This document shows positions 18,958 to 26,973 of a stretch of DNA of 64,000 nucleotides, piece by piece. Under the pieces are notes generated by a model. That model was not told where the DNA came from. It saw nothing but the letters and a program-made list of their open reading frames with translations, and ran no database searches. Position 1 is the first letter of the stretch. The number at the start of each line of letters is the position of its first letter. The translations under genes and the position numbers were made by a program. The DNA is from an uncultured Verrucomicrobiae bacterium (GTDB lineage: Bacteria; Verrucomicrobiota; Verrucomicrobiia; Opitutales; Opitutaceae), in contig CAWHAC010000015.1 in assembly GCA_963827125.1 (NCBI GenBank), forward strand, positions 31,061-95,060, read 5' to 3'.

Positions 18958-21174
18958 CTATGGTTGGACGGCCCGCAATTGATCAACCTTCTGCCGCGCC
19001 CGCTCCCAATCCGGCCGCATTCTCAAAGCGGCCTCGAAATGCGCCAGGGCCTCCTGCTGGCGGCCGGGCATTTCCAGCAACGCGTTTCCGAGATTGAAGT
19101 GTGCTTCCGGGTAGTCCGGCTGGATCCGCAGCGCCGCCTCAAACTGGGCTGTCGCCTCCGCCAGGCGGCCGGGAGTCTGCGCCAGGGCGACCCCGAGGTT
19201 GATGTGCGCCTGCGCGTGATCGGGCTGGATCCGCAGCGCCTCCTCATACTGGGCGATCGCGTCCGGCAGGCGGCCGGGGATGTGGGCGAGGGCCATTCCC
19301 AGGTGAAGATGCGCCTCGACGTAATCGGGCTGGATCCGCAGCGCCTCCTCATACTGGGCGATCGCGTCCGGCAGGCGGCCGGGGCTCCGCGCCAGGGCCA
19401 TCCCCAGATTGAAGTGCGCTTCGGGGTAATCGGGCTTGATCTGAATGGCCGCTTCAAACCGGGCGACCGCCTCCGGCAGGCGGCCAGGAATCTGCGCCAG
19501 GGCGATCCCCAGGTTGTTGTGCGCTTCCGGATAATCGGGCTTGAGTGCAAGCGCCGCTTCATATTCGGCCAATGCCTCCGGCAAGCGGCCCGGAATTTGC
19601 GCCAGGGCGATTCCCATGTTGTTATGGATCTCCGCCGAACCGGGTTCGCCCTTCAGCGCGGCCTCGAAGTGGACAATCGTCTCCGGCAACCGGCCGGGAA
19701 TCTTCGCGAGGGCGATCCCGAGGTTGTAGTGGGCCTCCGGGTGATCGGGCTGGATCTGCAGCGCCGCTTCATATTCGGCGATCGCCTCCGGCAGACGGCC
19801 GGGGATGTGCGCAAGGACGTTTCCCCTGTTGACGTGGGCCTCCGGGTGATCGGGTTTGATCCGCAACGCCGTTTCATATTCGGACATCGCCTCCGGCAGG
19901 CGCCCCGGGATGCGCGCCAGGATCATCCCGAGGTTGTTGTGGGCCATCCAGCAATCCGGGTTCCGTGCGATGGTCGCGCGGTAGAGCGTTTCATCGTCGC
20001 GGAACATGCGGCAGTGATCCCACGTCAGCGCGCCGAGCCCCAGGGCGAGCGCTGCAACCAGCGCCGGGCCGGTCCAGCGGAGGCGGATTGCCGCCCGGTC
20101 CCACGCAAGCACGAGCCCGGCCGCGGCGAACGCGGACAGGCCGAGGTCGGGGAGGTATTGCCAGTGATCCCAGACCCACGAATAGACCATTCCGTAGAGG
20201 TTGACGAAGCCGAGCACGGGAAAAAGCGAACCGGCGAAGAACAAGAACGCGGCAAGGAGTGCGCGGGTGCGCCGCCGGAGCGCCCAAAATCCCGCGCCGG
20301 CCACAAGGACGCCGAGCGGGTGGAGCCATTGCTGCCAGGTGGCGGGGTCCACCGTCCAGCGCGAATAGATGAAGTTCAGACCGAACGGCCAGAAAAACTT
20401 CCCCGCGTAGAACCAGACGGCGCGACCGGCAATGAGGAGGCGCCCGGGGAACGGAATGACAAAGTCCGCGCCATGCGCGCCGACGTACCGCGTCTCCACC
20501 CAGCTGCTGAACAGCCCGGCGGCGGCGCCCAGGGCCAGCCACGGAAGCAGGGGCAGGAAGTCACGCCGCCAGTCGAGCCGTCCGCGTTTCCACCAGAGCA
20601 CCACCAGGAGGGCCGCCGGCAGGGTCGCCGTCACGGTCTTGCTCAACAGCGACAGCGCAAACAGGCCCAGCGCCGCAACGTACGTCCGGGGCCGCCGCGT
20701 CTCGTCGAACCGGACATAGACCAGGGCTGCCGCCAGGTAGAAGACAAGCGAGAGGGTGTTCTTCTGTTCCGCGATCCACGCCACCGATTCGACGTGCACG
20801 GGGTGCAGCGCGAAGATGAGCCCGGCCAGCCACGCCCCGGGGCAGCCCAGGCGCCGCAGGAACAGGGCAAACAAGACCGCCGAGGCGGCATGGAGCAGCA
20901 GGGTGACTATATGATAGCCGAGCGGGTGGTCCCCAAAAAGCAGGCATTGCACCCAAAACGCGGTATGCAGGAGAGGATAGTACTGTTGCGTCGCGCCGGG
21001 CTCGGCCCAGATGCGGCCAAGGCCGTCGAGCGAGCGCAGCGCCGGCGCGGTCACATAGTCGCTGTCATTCCAGATGAAAGCGCCCGGAAGCGCCGGCAGA
21101 TACGCGAGGACGGCAGCGCAGAAGATCAGCACCCCCGGCCCGATGTTGCGAATCCATGCTGGCACTCGGTTCAT
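18958..21174 (-). CDS. TMTC-like protein: N-terminal multi-pass GT-C (PMT_2/DUF1736-like) membrane domain plus about 10 C-terminal TPR repeats
   Basis: The N-terminal ~390 aa are hydrophobic, with a first-loop acidic motif (FIWNDSDYV) and YYPLLHTAFW...GYHIVTLLLHA. The C-terminus has regular 34-aa repeats (IPGRLPEAIAEYEAALRIQPDYPEAHxNLGxALA). Confidence 0.8.
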   Translation of the reverse strand: MNRVPAWIRNIGPGVLIFCAAVLAYLPALPGAFIWNDSDYVTAPALRSLDGLGRIWAEPGATQQYYPLLHTAFWVQCLLFGDHPLGYHIVTLLLHAASAVLFALFLRRLGCPGAWLAGLIFALHPVHVESVAWIAEQKNTLSLVFYLAAALVYVRFDETRRPRTYVAALGLFALSLLSKTVTATLPAALLVVLWWKRGRLDWRRDFLPLLPWLALGAAAGLFSSWVETRYVGAHGADFVIPFPGRLLIAGRAVWFYAGKFFWPFGLNFIYSRWTVDPATWQQWLHPLGVLVAGAGFWALRRRTRALLAAFLFFAGSLFPVLGFVNLYGMVYSWVWDHWQYLPDLGLSAFAAAGLVLAWDRAAIRLRWTGPALVAALALGLGALTWDHCRMFRDDETLYRATIARNPDCWMAHNNLGMILARIPGRLPEAMSEYETALRIKPDHPEAHVNRGNVLAHIPGRLPEAIAEYEAALQIQPDHPEAHYNLGIALAKIPGRLPETIVHFEAALKGEPGSAEIHNNMGIALAQIPGRLPEALAEYEAALALKPDYPEAHNNLGIALAQIPGRLPEAVARFEAAIQIKPDYPEAHFNLGMALARSPGRLPDAIAQYEEALRIQPDYVEAHLHLGMALAHIPGRLPDAIAQYEEALRIQPDHAQAHINLGVALAQTPGRLAEATAQFEAALRIQPDYPEAHFNLGNALLEMPGRQQEALAHFEAALRMRPDWERARQKVDQLRAVQP
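19000..19990. repeat. Array of 102-bp (34-aa TPR) coding repeats with long identical stretches
   Basis: For example, cctcatactgggcgatcgcgtccggcaggcggccgggg recurs at 19241 and 19343, a 102-bp period. All copies are in frame within the TPR gene. Confidence 0.8.
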
Positions 21175-21410
21175 GACGCCCGCGAGATCCTCCCGATGCG
21201 GACACCAAGAGCAAGATCAAGTCATCAGGCAACAGGCAAGCCCCGCACGCCGTGCAAGGGAGGGCGGACGACTGAAGAAAACGGAATGCCGCGGATTCTC
21301 GACCGTGGATTTTGCCCTTCCCTCAGCTCTGCTTGGCGGCAGGCCTCTCCTGAATGGGGAGCAGCGGAGGCTTCCGCAGCGCATCATGGCGCAGCACCCC
21401 CTGAATCCGG

Positions 21411-24400
21411 TCAAAGATCGTCGATGAAGCTCTCGCGCATCTGGTCGGTGAGCGTGGTCAGGTACGTCGTCCAGTAGTCGAGCTGAGCCTGCGTCGGCGC
21501 CGTGTTGAAGAACGCGAAGTAATGGAGGAAGGTCCGCATCGTCGGCGCGAACAGCGCGACCGCCTCCTGCGACTGCGCAAAGCCGATGAGGACCTGCGAG
21601 CGCGTGGCGGTCCCCTTGTCGAGCTGGCCCACCCAGTCGGCGAGACCGTCCGGATCGGGCTGCCGGCCCAGAATGTTCTGGTAGAGGGCCGTGACGTAGG
21701 CCGTGTTGTCCATGGCCCCGTAACGGTTCATGAATTCCGCGCTCGACGCGAAGAGATCGGCCATGCTCTGCAGCGTGTTGCCCGCGCGGATGTAATTCAC
21801 CCAGGCGTCCAGCCCCGGCTGATCGGGCACCCGCAGCAGCGCGGACAGATACAGGCGCGCGACCGGGGCGACATCCTGTTGGAACTCGTCGGAGCTCATG
21901 ATCGCGTCCACCAGGCTGGCAGGGGTGACCGCCCCGGCGGCCATCGCGGCGCCGAAGGAGTTCAGGGCGCCCGCGTCGGCATCGCGCCGGAGGAATCCGC
22001 TGAAGACGGCCTGGATGTACGCCGCGTTGTCGATGCCCGATGGATACGCGAGGGCGTAGAGGGCGTCCGTCTGGTCGTAGCCCTTGAGGAAGTCGAGCCA
22101 GGTCTGGAGCTCAGGGGCGGTGGGCGCCCGCTTCTCCAGCAGGTAGTACAGCCGGATGACCTCGACCCCGGCGGCGCTGTCCGCCTTGAACTCGTCGGAC
22201 TCCGAGAAGCCGATCAGGACGGCGCCGCGGCTGGCGCCGCCATTGAGCAGGCTCACCCAATCGTTCAAACCCCCCGTGTCCGCCTCGCGCCCGAGAACGT
22301 TGAGGTAGAGCTGCTCGACGAACCCGGTGTTGTCCAGCGCGCCGTAGGTCTGGAGGAACTCGGCGCTCGTAGCGAACCCGTTGGCGGCATCGGTCAGGGA
22401 AAGGCTCCCTGCATGGAGCGCGGCGGACCAATTCTGGAGGCCGGCGTAGTCGGGAATCCGGTTGAACGCCGCAAGGTAGAGCCGGATGACGGGCTCCACC
22501 TGCCAGGCCTGGAATTCGGGCGAGGCGATCAGGTCCGCGTAGACCTGGGCGGGCGTCATCCCGCCGGATATCGCGGTGCTAAAGGCGGCCAGCGCCCCTG
22601 AATCGACGGGCCGGCCAAGCACCAGGGGGAACAGATTTTGCAGAAGGGCCCCGGCGGAGGTAATTGCCAGCGAGGCGGTGCTGCTGGCCACGCCGCTCTG
22701 GAGCGAATTTGAGGCGAGGCACTGGTACTGATAACCGGCCATGGCGGCTGTTGCGCCCGTGATCGTCAGCGTGCCGGTCGCCGTTCCGCTGTAGGGCGCC
22801 GTGTCGGTCAGGCTGGCCCAGGTGCTCCCGCCGTTTTCGCTCACCTGCCACTGGTAGGTCGGCGGGGGTATGGCCGAGGCTTCAGCTGTGAAGGTCGCCG
22901 TCGCGCCCGGCAACACCGTCTGGTTCACCGGTTGGATGGTGAAAACCGGCGTTTCATGCACCGTCAGGGTGACTGCCTTGCTCGTGGCGCTGCCCAGGGC
23001 ATTGGTCACGACGCAGCGGAACTGACAGCCGTCCATCGTGCCCGCGACGCCAGTGATGGTCAGGGTCTGGGTCGCCGCCCCGCCGTAGGGCGCCGTGCCG
23101 CTGAGGTCGTTCCAGGAAACTCCGTCGTCCGTGCTGATCTGCCATCGGCAGCCGGGCTGGGGATAGCCGCCGACCGTCACGCTGAATCGGGCCGGCTGAC
23201 CGAGCAGGACCGTTGCGCCGGCGGGTTGGGTGTAAATCCACGGAGATTGCGGGACGGAGCTGAGATAGGTGATCAAATCCGTGACCAACGGTGTGCCGAT
23301 GCCCGTGCACAAATCGTAGCCAACGCCAGCATTATATGCGCCGTTGTTGCCGCTCGTGATGTCGGTGAAGCAGGCTCTGCCTGCCGCCGTATAGATCTTC
23401 GGATTGAGAAAACCCACCGGGGACAGGCTTTCATCAGCCATCGACTGGTTGATCAGCGCGCAGAGTCCCGCCCAGATCGGACTGGAAATACTGGTGCCGG
23501 TTGCGCTCCAGGCAGTTCCCGCCTGGTAGACGAACGCTGGCATGTCGTTGCTGGCTGCGCCCGTATAGGCCATGGCCGAAACATCCGGCACACAGCGGGT
23601 GCCGCCTGCGGGGAGCCCTATTCCCACCTGCCAGGACGGCCGGTCGAAGACCCCGCTGATTCCGCCTCCTGTTGCGCCGGTCACGCCTTGGTACGTGGTC
23701 AGCGACCAGGCAACCTCCGGAGAAGAATGCTGGCCGTTGGAAGATCGCGGGAAGATGAGGGTCGTGCCTCCCACGCCGGTCATGCTCGGATCCGAAGCGG
23801 GATAGGAGACCGAAAGCGGTGCGGAAGGGTTGTAGGTTCCCGTGTTCGGATCCGGGTTGGATCCGCCATCGTCGCTTGCCGCGAAGCAGGTGACTCCCTG
23901 CGCGATCAAAAGGAGGAGCGAGGTGTCGCCGTTGCCGTAGCCGGATTCGATTCCGCCGTAGCTTTCGGTCACCTGGTGGATCGTGGGGTTGGACGGCAGG
24001 TCATTGAGAATCTGCGTATAGGCTGCCGCCTCGCTGTCCGCCGACAGGGGAAAAGGCACCGCGTAAAGCCGGATGTTGGCCGCAGGGGCTATGCCTGCGG
24101 ACCATTCAACATCCATCGTGATTTCAAACTGGTCTGTCGTATCCGCTCCGGGCCCGCCTTGCACGTTGGCCACGGCAAAACCACCCGTGCTTCCAATCGC
24201 GCACTGCGCCCAGAATTCCGCCAGATCGCTGGAGTCCGGAATGGAATCGCCAACGATGGCAATGGTCTGGCCGGCGCCGGAAAGGTTGGCCGGCGCCTGA
24301 TACGCTGCCGCCACGGCTGCCGGGGTGATTGCATAATAACTTTCGGTCACCAAAATGTCTTGCGGGCGCTGGCGCGCGAGCGGGTGGCGGATCAAATGCG

Positions 24401-24962
24401 GCTGGAGACCCCTGATGCTGGTGACGACCCCGGCAATTTCGTCCGGCAGCGCCGGTGCGGTGACAGCCGAGGTGAATTCACCGTCGCCCGTGGCGACCCG
24501 CGCGAACTGAATTCCAAAAGCGGCTGCGGTCCGCGCATTCGAGCCCCGGGCAAATATTGCGTGCCGCGCGCCGGATTCCAGCGTGATCGCGAAGCCCTGT
24601 GCCAGGAGCCAGGAGCGGACCCTCGCATAGTCAGCGGCCGCGGGAAGGTAGGCCTCGAGCGCCGCCCGCGAAAGAATCTCGCCGCGATTCACCCGCGCCT
24701 CCAATTCCTCCCGGTTCGGCAGCCGGAGGGAGATGGCGAAATCGATCGGGGCGGCCATCTCATCCGCTGTCAGAGAGGTGCGGACAATCCGGCCATAGGT
24801 CATTTCGCCTCCGGGGGCGTGAACGGCGGTCGCGCCTGCAACGGGAACGATGCTCCGCGGAAATTGCGCCGCCCATGTTTGAAGTGCAGCGACGAGCGAC
24901 GCGCTGAACAGGGCAAAACGAGCCCCGCGGGAATACAGGAAGAACATGAACTTGGATGGCAC
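21411..24962 (-). CDS. Secreted S53 (sedolisin/kumamolisin-like) serine peptidase with pro-domain, two Ig-like domains and multiple DUF4214-type repeats
   Basis: Signal peptide, then a pro-kumamolisin-like activation domain (LSLRLPNREELEARV...YLPAAADYARVRSWL). The catalytic region contains SATGTSISSPIWAGL. Two ~90-aa Ig-like repeats follow (QPAGATVLLGQPARFSVTV..., QPVNQTVLPGATATFTAEA...). The C-terminal region has repeats such as LYLNVLGREADTGGLNDWV...FSESDEF. Confidence 0.85.
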   Translation of the reverse strand: MPSKFMFFLYSRGARFALFSASLVAALQTWAAQFPRSIVPVAGATAVHAPGGEMTYGRIVRTSLTADEMAAPIDFAISLRLPNREELEARVNRGEILSRAALEAYLPAAADYARVRSWLLAQGFAITLESGARHAIFARGSNARTAAAFGIQFARVATGDGEFTSAVTAPALPDEIAGVVTSIRGLQPHLIRHPLARQRPQDILVTESYYAITPAAVAAAYQAPANLSGAGQTIAIVGDSIPDSSDLAEFWAQCAIGSTGGFAVANVQGGPGADTTDQFEITMDVEWSAGIAPAANIRLYAVPFPLSADSEAAAYTQILNDLPSNPTIHQVTESYGGIESGYGNGDTSLLLLIAQGVTCFAASDDGGSNPDPNTGTYNPSAPLSVSYPASDPSMTGVGGTTLIFPRSSNGQHSSPEVAWSLTTYQGVTGATGGGISGVFDRPSWQVGIGLPAGGTRCVPDVSAMAYTGAASNDMPAFVYQAGTAWSATGTSISSPIWAGLCALINQSMADESLSPVGFLNPKIYTAAGRACFTDITSGNNGAYNAGVGYDLCTGIGTPLVTDLITYLSSVPQSPWIYTQPAGATVLLGQPARFSVTVGGYPQPGCRWQISTDDGVSWNDLSGTAPYGGAATQTLTITGVAGTMDGCQFRCVVTNALGSATSKAVTLTVHETPVFTIQPVNQTVLPGATATFTAEASAIPPPTYQWQVSENGGSTWASLTDTAPYSGTATGTLTITGATAAMAGYQYQCLASNSLQSGVASSTASLAITSAGALLQNLFPLVLGRPVDSGALAAFSTAISGGMTPAQVYADLIASPEFQAWQVEPVIRLYLAAFNRIPDYAGLQNWSAALHAGSLSLTDAANGFATSAEFLQTYGALDNTGFVEQLYLNVLGREADTGGLNDWVSLLNGGASRGAVLIGFSESDEFKADSAAGVEVIRLYYLLEKRAPTAPELQTWLDFLKGYDQTDALYALAYPSGIDNAAYIQAVFSGFLRRDADAGALNSFGAAMAAGAVTPASLVDAIMSSDEFQQDVAPVARLYLSALLRVPDQPGLDAWVNYIRAGNTLQSMADLFASSAEFMNRYGAMDNTAYVTALYQNILGRQPDPDGLADWVGQLDKGTATRSQVLIGFAQSQEAVALFAPTMRTFLHYFAFFNTAPTQAQLDYWTTYLTTLTDQMRESFIDDL

Positions 24963-25289
24963 GGTCCGGCTTGCGGATGGCGACGAGACTCTCTTGCTCC
25001 CAAGACAGGCTTTCCGGGCCTTTGTTGCAGTTGTGAGTTATCATGATCGTTTGAAGGACCGGATTCCTGTCAACACCACCGAGCACTTTTACGGGATTGT
25101 GCAGACCCGATCGCGGGACGAACCTCGTGCCCGGCGGGGAAAGACCCGGGTGAAGTGCAAAGGAGAGCGCCGGCGGGGAAAGGCCGGTCCCGGAAGCCCT
25201 CGTTCATCCGGCAAGCCCGGCGTTCAACCCCGTCGTCATTCCGACGGCGGGTTTCGCCGGTGAGCGGCTCAAACGGACATGCCGCGGCG

Positions 25290-26006
25290 TCAGCTGCTCG
25301 CCGGCGTCGTCAAATCAAACGGCACCTCGGACTCGCCCCGCATCCATGCCGCCATCATGGTCGCCGCGTGGCGCAACCGGGCCACTCGGCATTTTTCCGC
25401 CCGCCAGATGCCTTCGAGCCGGGCAAAATCCTCGTCACTCGTGCCGGCGACGATGCAGTAGTCCTGCTGCGTCCACTGCGCCATTTCGAGGAGCAGCGTA
25501 TTCATGCGCTGCTCGATGGAATCGGGGGTATCCTCGCCCCGGGCCAGCAGGTGCTTCCGGATGGTCTCGATGTCCGGCGCCGTGAAAAAGACCCGCACCA
25601 GCCGGCTGCGCATGCTCGCGTCGGCCTCGAATTCCTGACGGCAGGCCCGCGCGCCCCGCACGTCGACGTTGATGACCAGGTCGACGTCGCCGGCGAGTTT
25701 TGGGGAAAACGTGTTTTTCATGGTGCCATACCGGGCGCCGAGCACCTGGGTCCATTCGAAAAAGTCGTTCCTGGCCAGCGCCTCGTCGAACTGCGCTTCG
25801 CTCAGGAAACAGTAGTCGACGCCGTCCTTTTCCCCGGCCCGCGGGGCGCGGGTGGTGCAGGTGACGACGCGCTCGATTTCCGGATGGGCGGCCACCAGGC
25901 GCCTGCACAGGGCCGTCCTGCCGGTGCCTGTGGGGCCGGTTATCAAGAACAAAAGACCGTGGACTTCTTTTGGCGGGTGGACCGTGGGAGGAGCGGAGCC
26001 TGGCAT
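25290..26006 (-). CDS. gmk: Guanylate kinase
   Basis: LFLITGPTGTGRTAL forms the P-loop, followed by TCTTRAPRAGEKDGVDYCF...EWTQVLGARYGT. Start taken at MPGSAPP; the ORF extends to 26099. Confidence 0.9.
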   Translation of the reverse strand: MPGSAPPTVHPPKEVHGLLFLITGPTGTGRTALCRRLVAAHPEIERVVTCTTRAPRAGEKDGVDYCFLSEAQFDEALARNDFFEWTQVLGARYGTMKNTFSPKLAGDVDLVINVDVRGARACRQEFEADASMRSRLVRVFFTAPDIETIRKHLLARGEDTPDSIEQRMNTLLLEMAQWTQQDYCIVAGTSDEDFARLEGIWRAEKCRVARLRHAATMMAAWMRGESEVPFDLTTPASS

Positions 26007-26250
26007 GAAAGGGAGCGATCTCGCCGGGGTTGCCGCCGGCACCGCGCCGGATGCGGAGCCTTTGGCAGAAGCGAAGTTTACAGGAAGATCAACGAGCATG
26101 CCACCATTATCGGCACGCCGGCGTTATTGCCCGTTTGGTTGACGCTCGGGGGGAATCGCGGCCCGTCGCTCCAGATCCCGGCCCGCTTTGCCACCGGCTT
26201 TTTTCGGCTCCGGCTTGCGAAAAACACCGCGCTTGCTAGATACCCAGCGC

Positions 26251-26829
26251 ATGCCGATCTATGAATATTACTGTCCCGACAACCACCGGATCTATTCGTT
26301 TCTTGCCAGGACGCTCGCCCAGGGGCGGACGATCCCGAAATGTCCGGACAATGCGGCCTTCCGCATGAAGAAGATCCTCTCCCCGTTTGCCGTCACGGGC
26401 CGGGGAAGGACGGCCGGCGACGAGGGAAAGGCGGCGGGGCCGGCGGCGGGAGGAGAGAGCCCGGCGGAGGACGCCCGGATGGAGGCGGCGCTGTCGGCCA
26501 TGGAAGGTGAGTTTGCGAACGTGGATGAAAACGATCCGCGCGCGATGGGGCGGATGATGCGGCGCATGTCGGAGCTGACCGGGGAGAAGGTGGACGGGGA
26601 TATGGAGGAAGTCCTGCGCAAGCTCGAGGAGGGCGCGGATCCCGACCGGCTTGAGGCCGAAATGGGAGGCGCGTCCGGCGCAGGGGACGAAGCGGAGGCC
26701 GGGGATCCGTATGGGATGGCCGGCGCCGGCGATGCGAAGCTTCCGGCTGATCCCAGGGAACCCCGCCATCGCTTCCGCGCCCGCCGCGGCCCGCCGACGC
26801 GCGATCCGAGATTGTACGACTACGAATGA
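26251..26829 (+). CDS. FmdB/CxxC_CxxC_SSSS-like small protein with degenerate zinc-ribbon knuckles and an acidic tail
   Basis: MPIYEYYCPDNHRIYSF...IPKCPDNAAF resembles the MPIYEYxCxxCG...CPxCG family, but each knuckle keeps only one Cys. Confidence 0.6.
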   Translation: MPIYEYYCPDNHRIYSFLARTLAQGRTIPKCPDNAAFRMKKILSPFAVTGRGRTAGDEGKAAGPAAGGESPAEDARMEAALSAMEGEFANVDENDPRAMGRMMRRMSELTGEKVDGDMEEVLRKLEEGADPDRLEAEMGGASGAGDEAEAGDPYGMAGAGDAKLPADPREPRHRFRARRGPPTRDPRLYDYE

Positions 26830-26923
26830 TCCAATTCCATCCCCCGCAGGCCGGGGCTGGAAATGGATGGTGCGCCGACGGCCCCGGGGGTAAAAAACGT
26901 AGGGACACCGATTGCGGAGCAAT

Positions 26924-26961
26924 GTTTCCCGGTTTCCCGATTTTCCGATTTCTCAATTTTC
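26924..26961 (+). repeat. Tandem 7-8-nt repeats: GTTTCCCG GTTTCCCG ATTTTCCG ATTTCTC AATTTTC
   Basis: Read directly from the sequence, between convergent gene ends. It shares the 14-mer GTTTCCCGGTTTCC with 40561-40574. Confidence 0.65.
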
Positions 26962-26973
26962 AGCGCCGCGCCC

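Noticed and set aside
17711-19990. Regular repeats (336-bp and 102-bp periods) as a possible CRISPR array
   Set aside because: The repeats are contiguous with no unique spacers. They are in frame and encode YXWGXW and TPR protein repeats. No cas genes are present.
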